This document shows positions 37,705 to 47,666 of a stretch of 64,000 nucleotides of DNA, piece after piece. The DNA is from a virus: the IMG/VR virus record IMGVR_UViG_3300017917_003637, positions 1 through 64,000 of that record. The stretch is one strand, 5' to 3'. Position 1 is the stretch's first letter; every line of letters starts with the position of its first letter. A model generated the notes under the pieces. The model was not told where the DNA came from and did no database searches. It worked only from the letters and a program-made list of their open reading frames with translations. Made by a program: the position numbers and the translations under genes.

Positions 37705-40125
37705 ATGCCAACTACAAATAATCTTAACCAATTTTTGGTACCAGCTCAAGACGCTTTTTTATATCAATTAGTCTATAACAAAGTATATGGTGGTAGAACA
37801 GGTTGTACTGTCAACATTAACGGCACGACAGTTCAAATGGGTGCAAATTCTTCAATCGATATATTAGTGGAAACTATAAGTGGTGGTACTGGATGTTTGG
37901 TATCTGGTGACAAACCAAATGTGTATGGTGATAGTCCTCAATACAAATATGTTCCACAAACTTTTGTTTCCGTATGGGATACCAGAAGAACAAGTACTGG
38001 TAGTAGCACCGCAACACAAGTTAGATTGCCTTTAATTTCAACAGGTACGTATAATTTTATTGTTGATTGGGGTGATGGGAGTACAGATAGAATAACTGTA
38101 TGGAATCAAGCTCAAACTACTCACACATATACTAGAGCTGGTGTTTATCAATTAACAATAACTGGAACATTGTATGGTTTTACATTTTACAATGGGAGCA
38201 CTGGTGTTGGAGATAGACTTAAATTGTTAACAATTTTTAAATGGGGGACTGGTTTTAGATTAGGAAACAATGCTGGTTATTTTTGGGGATGTGAAAATCT
38301 TCAATTAAGTGAAGTTGAAGATGTGTTAGATTTAACCAACACAACGCATTTTGGTAGTATTTTTAGAGATTGTTTTAATCTTACAACCGTAAACAGGATA
38401 AATGAGTGGAACACGTCAAACATTACCCTTATGGGTGGTGTTTTCTTAAACTGTGTTAGATTTAACCAAGATATTAGTAATTGGGATACATCTAATGTAA
38501 CTGACATGGTCCTTATGTTTTCTTGTGCTGGAAGCCTTAGAGGTGTGTTTAATCAAAATATTGGAAATTGGAATACAAGTAAGGTTACAAATATGCAGCA
38601 AATGTTTTCTAACCAACCTAACTTTAATCAAGATATATCAACAAAAGTTGTTACTAGAGCAAATGGTTCATCGTATGTTGCTTGGGATACATCTAATGTG
38701 ACTACCATGAATTTTATGTTTGGGTGTGGTGCTGGTATTAGAGGTATGTTTAATCAAAATATTGGAAACTGGAATACTAGTAAAGTTACAAATATGGCTT
38801 CTATGTTCCAAAACCAAGTTGAGTTTAATCAAGATTTATCAACAAAAGTTGTTACCGTTGGTAATTCAACATATATCGCATGGAGTACGACCAATGTAAC
38901 AAACATGACGTTTATATTTGGTGGTGGTGAAAGAAATGGTAAATTTAATGGAAATGTAACTAATTGGGATATTAGTAAAATTACTAGTATGCAAGCTTTA
39001 TTTGCGAATAAAATTGATTTCAATCAAGATATATCAACAAAAGTTGTTACCGTTAGTGGTTCATCTTATATTGCTTGGAACACAACGAACGTAACTATTT
39101 TAACCTCATTATTTTCGTGTTCAGTTAATTCTGGTAATTTTAACCAAAATATTGGAAATTGGGATACTAGTAGAGTTACATCTATGTCCTTTATGTTTAA
39201 TGGTCAACCTAAATTTAATCAAGATATATCAACAAAAGTTGTTACCGTTAGTGGTTCATCGTATATTGCTTGGAACACAGCTAGTGTGACTACTATGGAT
39301 TCAATGTTTAATTCTGTAGTTGTTGACGGTGAGTTTAATCAAAATATTGGAAATTGGAATACTGGTAGGGTAACAAGTATGAATCAATTGTTTACTGGAC
39401 AGCCTAATTTTAATCAAGATATATCAACAAAAGTTGTTACCGTTAGTGGTTCATCATATGTAGCTTGGAACACGTTGAGTGCTACTAGTATGAGTTTCAT
39501 GTTTTTTACTTATGGACCAACATTTAATAGATTGTCTGGTACTTTTAATCAAAATATTGGAAACTGGAACACTAGTAGAGTAACAACCATGGCCTCTATG
39601 TTTGTTAATCAAGCTAATTTTAATCAAAACATAGGAACAAAACAAGTTACAGTTAGTGCGTCGACTTATTCTGCTTGGACTGTTTCTGCTGTTACTAGTA
39701 TGTTTGATATGTTTTATATTCACAATCCTACCACAACTGGTGGGCTTGCTGGCTCATTCAATAACAGTGGTTCTACATCAATAAACAATTGGGACGTTAG
39801 AAGATTAAGTGCTGCTACAGATATGTTTAACTATCAAATAGGTTTTAATCAACCCATAGGGAATTGGAATATAAGTGGTGTTACTAATTTTAGTTCTACT
39901 GGTAGCACTATAGGAACTGAAGGTTTCATGTTTGGTAAAACTAGCAACGATTATTCTAGTGCAAATTATGACGCATTGTTGATTGGATGGGCAACAAGAA
40001 ATGTAAGACCAAACCAATTATTAAACATGGGTACAATAAAATATTCTAGTGCAGCCGTTTCAGCTAGAAGTGTATTAACATCGGCACCTAACAATTGGAC
40101 AATAATAGATGGAGGGTTAGTATAA
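37705..40125 (+). CDS. DUF285/BspA-like repeat protein with PKD-like domain, probable virion surface protein
   Basis: VDWGDG (PKD-like); many FNQ.I.NW.TS.VT.M..MF repeats; near-identical DNA repeats with ~195-bp period. Confidence 0.85.
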   Translation: MPTTNNLNQFLVPAQDAFLYQLVYNKVYGGRTGCTVNINGTTVQMGANSSIDILVETISGGTGCLVSGDKPNVYGDSPQYKYVPQTFVSVWDTRRTSTGSSTATQVRLPLISTGTYNFIVDWGDGSTDRITVWNQAQTTHTYTRAGVYQLTITGTLYGFTFYNGSTGVGDRLKLLTIFKWGTGFRLGNNAGYFWGCENLQLSEVEDVLDLTNTTHFGSIFRDCFNLTTVNRINEWNTSNITLMGGVFLNCVRFNQDISNWDTSNVTDMVLMFSCAGSLRGVFNQNIGNWNTSKVTNMQQMFSNQPNFNQDISTKVVTRANGSSYVAWDTSNVTTMNFMFGCGAGIRGMFNQNIGNWNTSKVTNMASMFQNQVEFNQDLSTKVVTVGNSTYIAWSTTNVTNMTFIFGGGERNGKFNGNVTNWDISKITSMQALFANKIDFNQDISTKVVTVSGSSYIAWNTTNVTILTSLFSCSVNSGNFNQNIGNWDTSRVTSMSFMFNGQPKFNQDISTKVVTVSGSSYIAWNTASVTTMDSMFNSVVVDGEFNQNIGNWNTGRVTSMNQLFTGQPNFNQDISTKVVTVSGSSYVAWNTLSATSMSFMFFTYGPTFNRLSGTFNQNIGNWNTSRVTTMASMFVNQANFNQNIGTKQVTVSASTYSAWTVSAVTSMFDMFYIHNPTTTGGLAGSFNNSGSTSINNWDVRRLSAATDMFNYQIGFNQPIGNWNISGVTNFSSTGSTIGTEGFMFGKTSNDYSSANYDALLIGWATRNVRPNQLLNMGTIKYSSAAVSARSVLTSAPNNWTIIDGGLV

Positions 40126-40352
40126 TGACATATTTTTTAGCACATAATTCAATAGACGTGTTTCACCATGGTGAACTTAATGAAGACCAAGTTATATCTA
40201 CTGGTCAGCCAAACTTGGAATATTTTGATAATTTAAAAGCGTTAGAGGAAAGGCTGGCCGAATTTGGTATTATTTGTAATGAAAACGAAACACCAATATT
40301 ACCTCAGATTAATAATTGTGAGGATGAAATGGAAGTACCAGACCCAAGTTAA
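40125..40352 (+). CDS. hypothetical protein
   Basis: TAATG-coupled ATG at 40125. Confidence 0.6.
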   Translation: MTYFLAHNSIDVFHHGELNEDQVISTGQPNLEYFDNLKALEERLAEFGIICNENETPILPQINNCEDEMEVPDPS

Positions 40353-40420
40353 TATGCATTTTTTTAATGTATTTATAAAACAAATGAAAAAATAACTATA
40401 TTTATAAGAAAAGAAAAATT

Positions 40421-40663
40421 ATGCCAAAAAATAATGATGTATATAGCGTAATTGTACCAGCTCAAACTCCAAATTTGACAGCACACACTTACTCTACCAT
40501 TTATGGTGGTTCTTCTGGTTGCACCGCTGTAATTAATGGTGTAACTGTTAGTGTTGGCGCGGCTTCTTCTTTTGATTTGACAATCAGAAGTATAAGTGGT
40601 GCTACAGGATGTTATTTACTAGGTGACAATAAAAACGTATATTTAGGTTCACCTAATTTATAG
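40421..40663 (+). CDS. small beta-rich protein homologous to the N-terminus of the 37705 product
   Basis: YGG..GCT..ING.TV..GA.SS.D.....ISG.TGC...GD shared. Confidence 0.75.
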   Translation: MPKNNDVYSVIVPAQTPNLTAHTYSTIYGGSSGCTAVINGVTVSVGAASSFDLTIRSISGATGCYLLGDNKNVYLGSPNL

Positions 40664-40696
40664 TAATCAATAAGATATTAAACAAAAAATAAAACT

Positions 40697-41914
40697 ATGG
40701 AAAGAAATTTTAGAATCAACCCAGTTGGTCTTAAAGGAAATGAAATCAACGAGCGTATGAAACAACTTATGGGTGTAACACCTATAAACGAAGGTTTATC
40801 TCGTTCAACAGTTGAATTAACCAAAATTGGTCCAGATGGTAAAGCATATGGTATTGTAAGAGAAAATCATGAATATTACATAAAAGTATCTGACAAGACC
40901 GAAAACCTTACTGTTGAGGACTTTAAATACATTGGTGGTCTTCAAAATAAAAAATCAGAAGCGTATCCATCATATGCTAAAGCTACTAAACACTTAAACT
41001 TAAAATTTAACTCTATTTGCGAATCATTTGATATTGTGAATACATTCAACGTATTTGTTGATGATAACTTGTTATCTGAAGGTGCTGCTAAAGAAGCTAC
41101 TAAACACATTACAGATGCTAAGGGTAAAGAGTTAGGTGGTAAAGTAAAAGAAGAAGGTGGTGATAACTTGGCTGAGAAAAAAGTCATGGATGAATTAGAA
41201 GAAGTTACTCTTACTGAAGATGAGTTAGCTATTGACGCTATGCTTAACGAAAGTGATGAAGAAGACTTGGATGAGTCAGCTCAAGGTGAAGTTGGTGCAT
41301 ATGCTCATGAAAAATCTAAGAAAAAAGACAAAGAAAAAGATGAAGATGAAAAAGACTTAGACGAAGCTGAATCTAAAAACAACCCATGGGCTATCTGTAC
41401 CGCTAGTGTTGGTCGTGAAGACAAAGAAAAATACGAAGCGTGTGTTAGAGACGTTAAAAAACAAAAAGGTGTTAAAGAAGAATTAAAAGGTGGTCAACAC
41501 AAAATCGATGCTAATAAAAATGGTAAGATTGATGGTGAGGATTTTAAACTTCTTAAAAAAGGTAAAACCAATGAAAACATTGATGACCAGATGTCTACTG
41601 ACGAATTAATGGATAAACTAGATAATATGTCAGCTAAAGAATTGTTACAATTGTTAGGTGATGCTGGTAGAGACTTGAAAAATGTAATTGCTAGAAAATT
41701 ATCTACAGGTATGGATAAAGCTAGAGATTTTTTTGATAAGCAATATCCAGATGTTAACGAAGAAATGACTGACAAACAAAAGAAATTTGCTGCTTTGGCC
41801 GAACCTAAAGATAAAATCACATATGCTGATAAAATTGCTGGTGCTACCAAAGATGAAGCTATGACACTTGAAGAAATTCAAGAGGCGATTGCTGATTTAA
41901 AAAAAAAACTTTAA
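40697..41914 (+). CDS. modular head/core protein, part 1
   Basis: Acidic linkers with repeated L/I-x-E sites; EF-hand-like DANKNGKIDGEDF module; ends at an A10 run. Confidence 0.7.
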   Translation: MERNFRINPVGLKGNEINERMKQLMGVTPINEGLSRSTVELTKIGPDGKAYGIVRENHEYYIKVSDKTENLTVEDFKYIGGLQNKKSEAYPSYAKATKHLNLKFNSICESFDIVNTFNVFVDDNLLSEGAAKEATKHITDAKGKELGGKVKEEGGDNLAEKKVMDELEEVTLTEDELAIDAMLNESDEEDLDESAQGEVGAYAHEKSKKKDKEKDEDEKDLDEAESKNNPWAICTASVGREDKEKYEACVRDVKKQKGVKEELKGGQHKIDANKNGKIDGEDFKLLKKGKTNENIDDQMSTDELMDKLDNMSAKELLQLLGDAGRDLKNVIARKLSTGMDKARDFFDKQYPDVNEEMTDKQKKFAALAEPKDKITYADKIAGATKDEAMTLEEIQEAIADLKKKL

Positions 41915-43392
41915 GCGAAGCTAAAAAATATAAATTGAAGTTGGATAAACCAGCGTCAGAGGCTCCTATTGCCCCTGCCCCTGCTCCAGCTGAACCTACA
42001 ACCGAACCAGCTGATGAAGCTGGTTTTGGTGATTTTGGGGGTGAGGAAATGCCAGCAGAACAACCAACTGGGGATGAAGCACCAGCAAACGATATGCCTG
42101 ATTTTGAAAAAGAACCATTTGACGCTGGAGTTGATGCTGATGAGGAAACTGACCCTAAAAAATTTATTGAGCAATTAAGTGGTAAATTAGGTCAGTCATT
42201 AAGACAGTATACCAAAGACCAAGGTCAACCAGATTTTGAATTGGAAAAATTCGCAATTAATTCAGTTATTTCAGCAACAAACACTGCTGATATGGATGAA
42301 GAAGATAGAAATGATATTATCAAAAAAATAGAAAAATCTGGTGAAGATGAAACACAAGACTTTGGAGATGATAATCAAGCTGGCGCCGACGCTGGAGATG
42401 ATTCTTTCGGTGGACCCGATAACGGGGCTGGTAATGCTGATGAGTTTGATTTTTCATCTGATGAAGAACCAGTTCAAGAAGGTAAATTTATGCTTGACAA
42501 AACAAAAAAACTAAGCATCTTTGCACCTGAGGGCAGTGAAGAAGCAAAATTTAAACACATAAATGAAATGAAAGAAGGTTCAAACAATTACATGTTCTGG
42601 CAAAATTTAAAAACTATTGTACATGCCGCATCTGAATTATTAAAAATGGATTGTGACCAAGTTGATACATTGTTATCAGATGGTCATGGTTGGGCTCTTG
42701 ACCACATGGCTACATCCGCTGATGACGTTGAAGAAGTGTATCACTTTGTTGAAGGTCGTTTAAACGATACCCATGAGGATTCTGGTGAAGAAATGGATTA
42801 TTCAAAATGGGCTCAACCAATGAAATTAAACCAACCAGTTACTGTGTCTAAAGACTTAGCTTATCACTTAACTAACGAAATCGCGTTGGGCGAATCTATT
42901 TTCAGATATGGTTCTGAAAAATTCCAAAACCTTGTTAAAGAAGTAAGACAATTAAAAGCTAAGGGTCTTATTGATTTGAATGAAAATGACCAATTTATCG
43001 TTGAAGATTATGACAACGGTTTTGTTGTGATTGGTGAAAACAAAGTTAAATTAAATACAATCTTTGAAGAATTTGATGCTGAGACAATCAACGAAGCTGA
43101 GTATCAAGGTAAAAAAGTACAGTTAGGTAAGCCTAAACGTGGTGGTTCTAAAAAATTCTACGTTTATGTGAGAAATCCTAAGACTGGTAAAGTTAAAAAA
43201 GTATCATTTGGAGCTCAAGGTGGTGGTGGTAACTTAGCGGTTAAATTAAAAGACCCTAAGGCTAGAAAAGCATTTGCTGACAGACACAACTGTAAGGCTA
43301 AAAACGATAAAACAAAAGCTGGGTATTGGGCATGTAGATTGCCTAGATATGCTAAATTATTAGGTTTATCAGGTGGTGGTACTTGGTGGTAA
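41908..43392 (+). CDS. modular head/core protein, part 2 (-1 frame continuation)
   Basis: Only a TTG start is available near the 5' end; the frame is open back through the A10 run (TLSEAKKYKLK); C-terminal basic EAEYQG...RHNC...YWAC module. Confidence 0.7.
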   Translation, partial: TLSEAKKYKLKLDKPASEAPIAPAPAPAEPTTEPADEAGFGDFGGEEMPAEQPTGDEAPANDMPDFEKEPFDAGVDADEETDPKKFIEQLSGKLGQSLRQYTKDQGQPDFELEKFAINSVISATNTADMDEEDRNDIIKKIEKSGEDETQDFGDDNQAGADAGDDSFGGPDNGAGNADEFDFSSDEEPVQEGKFMLDKTKKLSIFAPEGSEEAKFKHINEMKEGSNNYMFWQNLKTIVHAASELLKMDCDQVDTLLSDGHGWALDHMATSADDVEEVYHFVEGRLNDTHEDSGEEMDYSKWAQPMKLNQPVTVSKDLAYHLTNEIALGESIFRYGSEKFQNLVKEVRQLKAKGLIDLNENDQFIVEDYDNGFVVIGENKVKLNTIFEEFDAETINEAEYQGKKVQLGKPKRGGSKKFYVYVRNPKTGKVKKVSFGAQGGGGNLAVKLKDPKARKAFADRHNCKAKNDKTKAGYWACRLPRYAKLLGLSGGGTWW

Positions 43393-43404
43393 AATTTATA
43401 AACC

Positions 43405-43857
43405 ATGGGAAGAATAGAAAAAAATAAAAAGTTATTAATTGAGCGTAAAAACCGTCAAGTTCTAGGCAAACCAGAAATGGATTGTCCAGAACCAACTCAA
43501 AATTTAGAATTAAATACTGAAAACAGAGACGCCGCTATCAAAGAAGACCATATTCAATATGGTCCTTTGAATGTTGACGAACCAGCTGATTTCTGGGAAA
43601 AGATTGCTGACCATTGGAATACCAGTGTTGAAGCGGCTCAGAAGTCTAAATGTGGTAATTGCGTGGCATTTGATATTTCACCTAGAATGGACGATTGTAT
43701 GCCAGGTCCTATTTCTGACGATGATGGTAGATTAGGATATTGTTGGATGCACCATTTTAAATGTCACTCAGCAAGAACATGTAGAACATGGGCTAAGGGT
43801 GGTCCGATAGAAGAAGACTCAGTGTCATATAAATGGCAAGAAAAAAACAAAAAGTAA
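43405..43857 (+). CDS. Cys-rich protein (CGNC..F...YC...C....C..W)
   Basis: Cys spacing suggests a small metal or Fe-S binding module. Confidence 0.65.
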   Translation: MGRIEKNKKLLIERKNRQVLGKPEMDCPEPTQNLELNTENRDAAIKEDHIQYGPLNVDEPADFWEKIADHWNTSVEAAQKSKCGNCVAFDISPRMDDCMPGPISDDDGRLGYCWMHHFKCHSARTCRTWAKGGPIEEDSVSYKWQEKNKK

Positions 43858-43858
43858 T

Positions 43859-44941
43859 ATGAAACCATATAGCGAAATAGAAAAAGGGAACATAGTAAGA
43901 CGCACATTTTCAGACAACGTACCTGAGAGTGAGTTGGTGTGGCATAGAGACCATGAGGATAGGGTTGTTTTACCATTAAACGAGAATGATTGGATGGTTC
44001 AATTTGATAATGAATTACCACGAAAACTTGTTGTTGGTGAAGAATACTTTATACCTAAAAATACTTTTCATAGAGTTATAAAGGGGTCTGGTGAATTGCA
44101 AGTTGAAATCATAAAAACTGATTTTAACGAAGTTATTGAAGAAGGTGATAAGAAAGCTAAAAGAGACGCTTGTTATCACAAGGTAAGAGCTAGATATGAT
44201 GTATGGCCATCTGCTTATGCTTCTGGTGCTCTTGTTAAGTGTCGTAAGGTTGGTGCTTCTAACTGGGGTAACAAATCAAACGAGACTGAAGACATAGGTA
44301 AAAGCGGTAAAAAACAGTTTAAAAAAGACTTACAAAAAGACCCAGATTACTTAAAATATAAAGACAGCGATAATGAGTTTGGTGTACCAAATGTAACAAC
44401 AGATGACCCATTTATCAAAAAAGGAAGATACACTAGAGTTGGTAAAGAAGACTTAGATGAATTAACAGTTTATGAAGCTAAAAAAACTGATTTCTCAAAA
44501 GAAAAATCGCAAGGTCTTCATGGATGGTTTTCTAGAAAAGGTGGTGAAGGTTCTAGCGGTTGGGTTGATTGCAACACATGTAGAAAAGACCCAGATACTG
44601 GTAGAAAGAAATGTAAACCATGTGGAAGACAAGAGGGTGAGAAAAGAAAATACCCAGCATGTCGTCCAACACCGTCTGCATGCGGTACAAGAGGCAAGGG
44701 TAAAAAATGGGGTAAAAAAAGTACCTCAGAGGGCTTGAATATCTCAGAAAATTTTAGTATATTTGATAAAGACTATTTAAAAATGAGATTACAAGAAACA
44801 TTTAACCACGAAGAACCGTTGGTATTACCAGCTGAACCTAAAACTAAACCTAAGGAATCTCCAATGGTTCAACCATCAAGACGCAATAAGCCTTTCTTAC
44901 CTGAAAGAGAAACGCAACCAGACCCAAAAGCTGAAAACTAA
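43859..44941 (+). CDS. cupin-like domain plus basic Cys-rich modules
   Basis: WHRD.EDR...FIPK.TFHRVIKG (cupin); DACYHKV...WPSAYASG; GWVDC...PCGR...YPACRP. Confidence 0.7.
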   Translation: MKPYSEIEKGNIVRRTFSDNVPESELVWHRDHEDRVVLPLNENDWMVQFDNELPRKLVVGEEYFIPKNTFHRVIKGSGELQVEIIKTDFNEVIEEGDKKAKRDACYHKVRARYDVWPSAYASGALVKCRKVGASNWGNKSNETEDIGKSGKKQFKKDLQKDPDYLKYKDSDNEFGVPNVTTDDPFIKKGRYTRVGKEDLDELTVYEAKKTDFSKEKSQGLHGWFSRKGGEGSSGWVDCNTCRKDPDTGRKKCKPCGRQEGEKRKYPACRPTPSACGTRGKGKKWGKKSTSEGLNISENFSIFDKDYLKMRLQETFNHEEPLVLPAEPKTKPKESPMVQPSRRNKPFLPERETQPDPKAEN

Positions 44942-45354
44942 TGGATAAATTGTATTTGATATATGTGAATTATGTTGGAAAGGATTATAAGGGTGATTAC
45001 CTTTATGAGTTTATTTTTTCTGATACAACAGAAGATATAGACGGCGATGAATGGGATACGTATCCAGCGTCTGGTAGACCTCAACCACCACATGAATCAT
45101 TTATAAAAAAAGTTGGTAGACTTGAGTCTGAGTTAATGTTAGATGTGATTCAAAATAGTGATACATTTGCTGTTTGGGATGCAATAGACGGGGTAATCGC
45201 TTTGGCTTGGGAAAACATTGACGATTATGAAACATACCCTGAAAAAAGAATTTGTTTTAAATTTGGTGAACCTATTTCTAGTGTTGAAGATAAGTTATAC
45301 GAAAAAGACCTAATATTGAATTATAATATAAGCAAACATGAGCACAAAAAATAA
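44941..45354 (+). CDS. hypothetical protein
   Basis: Coupled ORF. Confidence 0.75.
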   Translation: MDKLYLIYVNYVGKDYKGDYLYEFIFSDTTEDIDGDEWDTYPASGRPQPPHESFIKKVGRLESELMLDVIQNSDTFAVWDAIDGVIALAWENIDDYETYPEKRICFKFGEPISSVEDKLYEKDLILNYNISKHEHKK

Positions 45355-46309
45355 AATTAACGAAGAAGAAAAATTTAAAATCCATGTTGATAAAAAAACG
45401 TTGGGTGATGCTAACAAAACAAAAGAGTTAGCTATGCTTAAAAAGAAAAATCCAAACATAGAATTTGATTTAGAACCACCTACTTCACAAAGTAGTGTTA
45501 TTAGTTCTAGTTCTATGATGGAACAACCAGAAGCTATCATTCAACCACAAGACAAAGCCACTATTAAATATCTTTCAAATGTTAAACACCCTGAGACTGG
45601 TGAAATAGCACAACCATTTAACATTTCAGATAAAAAATATCAGATGGTAAGAGGAATGACACCTGATAAAAATGTTGTGTTGGGTGTTTATTGTTTTGAT
45701 GAATTAAACGAAGATGGTAGCAATAAAATCTACCATGTTGATGAATTTGAAAATAAAGTAGCAAAACCAATGCTTGAAAGAGAAAAGTTAACAACTGAAA
45801 GTGAAAACAAATCTTCACAACCTGAGAGTCTTAATCTTGGTGAATACAAACACTTCATTGTAAATGAAAAAAGTGGTAAGTTTAAGAAATTTAAAACTAT
45901 CCCAGAATTAGCCGCTACTACTATGCTTGAAGATGAGAGATATATGGGGTTACAAGAATTTAAAAAATTCTTTGAAACTAGAGTATTTGGTGCGCCTAAG
46001 AAAAAAGAATTGACTGAAGTTGGTATGACTGGTCAAGAAGGTGAAGAAGAAATGACAATTAAAGCTCAGAAACTTATGGGCCTTATTCAAAAAAGAATCC
46101 CATCAAATATTATCGATACCATTAAAACAAACAAAATTGCTCAAAGAGAAGTAATTGCTGCATTTGCCGAGTTAATCGGTGTACCTAGAAATGGTCTTAC
46201 TGGTCTTGTTCAAGGTATTAAAGATTTAGCTAAGACTGGTACTCAACCTCAACAACAAGTTGCTGAAAGTAGAGTGGTAAAAACAATAAAGAAAAAAGAC
46301 ATAAAATAA
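45338..46309 (+). CDS. hypothetical protein (head region)
   Basis: Long ORF. Confidence 0.75.
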   Translation: MSTKNKINEEEKFKIHVDKKTLGDANKTKELAMLKKKNPNIEFDLEPPTSQSSVISSSSMMEQPEAIIQPQDKATIKYLSNVKHPETGEIAQPFNISDKKYQMVRGMTPDKNVVLGVYCFDELNEDGSNKIYHVDEFENKVAKPMLEREKLTTESENKSSQPESLNLGEYKHFIVNEKSGKFKKFKTIPELAATTMLEDERYMGLQEFKKFFETRVFGAPKKKELTEVGMTGQEGEEEMTIKAQKLMGLIQKRIPSNIIDTIKTNKIAQREVIAAFAELIGVPRNGLTGLVQGIKDLAKTGTQPQQQVAESRVVKTIKKKDIK

Positions 46310-46312
46310 TTT

Positions 46313-47581
46313 ATGAGTAATTATAGAAAAATAGCTGAACAAGCATTATTAAAATCACTTAACAGAAACAAACCCACATTAAATGAGGGTGTTGTTTATG
46401 GTGATAATATATCTGAAAGAATGCATCCTCAGTTAGAAAAAGAATTAGCTGAAAGAAAACACTCGTTGGGGAAACACCCAGCAATACCTGAGGGTGATGA
46501 AAATAACTTTGAACAAAAGATAATGGGTAAACGCTTTAGTGAAGTTGTTAACCGTTATAAACGCGCATTTGATGTTGACGAAATTAATAATGAGCAATTA
46601 TTGAGTCAAATGATGCCTATGGTACATGAAACCATGGCCTTAGAAACAAAACACAAAAAAGCCTTGGAAGAATTGGCTGAAAGAATGATTAGAGAAGAAT
46701 ATGACATGGCTGAAGATGTTGTTGAAATTAAAGCAAAATTATCACCAACCGTTGTATTAGAGGGCACCAAAAAACACCCAACACCTAAAGCCAACGATTA
46801 TCAATTTGAAAGCCATGAAGATATGGTAAACGCTAAAGAAGAGGTTTACAAAAGACGTTTTTTAAACGCAATGATTCAAGGTGCTGCAAAGAAAACAAAC
46901 CACATGTTCCACATGGTAGACGAAGAGTTAACCAATATGGACCCTCGTTTGTTGAATAGGTATTCTAAAGTTATGTCAGCGGCTGATTATATGTACTACG
47001 TAATCCCTAAAATGGATAATGGTACCAGTGGCGGTGTGGTTAAAGTTACATTCCCAACACCTGAAAACCCTAAGGCTGTTATTGAAGCTGAAGCCATGGT
47101 ATTTCCAGTTCTTATTCATGAATTGGTAAAAGGGGTAATGGAATTATTGTCAGCTCACGGTTTGCCTAAAGATAAAAAATTAGGTGATTATGTTGTTGAT
47201 AAAGCGGATTTCTTAGCCGCAGAACCATGGGATATGAGAATAGGTCCAGCTTTGTGGGATAGGTTTACTGATTGTATTGATGGTGATGATTTCCATTTAA
47301 AACATCATTTGTATATGGAGTTAGCTTCAATGCCAGTAAAAGAATTCAACGATAACATGAGAGAAATTTTAGCTGGTACCAACAAGGGTAAAAAAATTGT
47401 AAAAGAAATACTAGATAACGTTAAAAATGAACTACAAGAAGAAGAATTTGAAAGTGCCATTAATGAGTTAAACACAACTGAAGAAAAAAATTATTTTACG
47501 TTAGATGAAATAATGTTTGGTAATGATTTTGAGATTGATGAAGATGACGATGACACTTATGATATTGACGATTTACTATAA
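46313..47581 (+). CDS. hypothetical protein (head region)
   Basis: Long ORF upstream of terminase; terminator 47585-47610. Confidence 0.8.
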   Translation: MSNYRKIAEQALLKSLNRNKPTLNEGVVYGDNISERMHPQLEKELAERKHSLGKHPAIPEGDENNFEQKIMGKRFSEVVNRYKRAFDVDEINNEQLLSQMMPMVHETMALETKHKKALEELAERMIREEYDMAEDVVEIKAKLSPTVVLEGTKKHPTPKANDYQFESHEDMVNAKEEVYKRRFLNAMIQGAAKKTNHMFHMVDEELTNMDPRLLNRYSKVMSAADYMYYVIPKMDNGTSGGVVKVTFPTPENPKAVIEAEAMVFPVLIHELVKGVMELLSAHGLPKDKKLGDYVVDKADFLAAEPWDMRIGPALWDRFTDCIDGDDFHLKHHLYMELASMPVKEFNDNMREILAGTNKGKKIVKEILDNVKNELQEEEFESAINELNTTEEKNYFTLDEIMFGNDFEIDEDDDDTYDIDDLL

Positions 47582-47666
47582 GATAAGGGGCTAACAAGCC
47601 CCTTATTTATTTTAAAACCTTTATTTTACTGGATTTCAGCATATTTATTATAAAAAAGAAATAGAT

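Noticed and set aside
38400-39900. Diversity-generating retroelement template/variable repeats in the DUF285 gene
   Set aside because: The repeats are in-frame coding repeats, differences are not confined to adenines, and there is no reverse transcriptase in the window.
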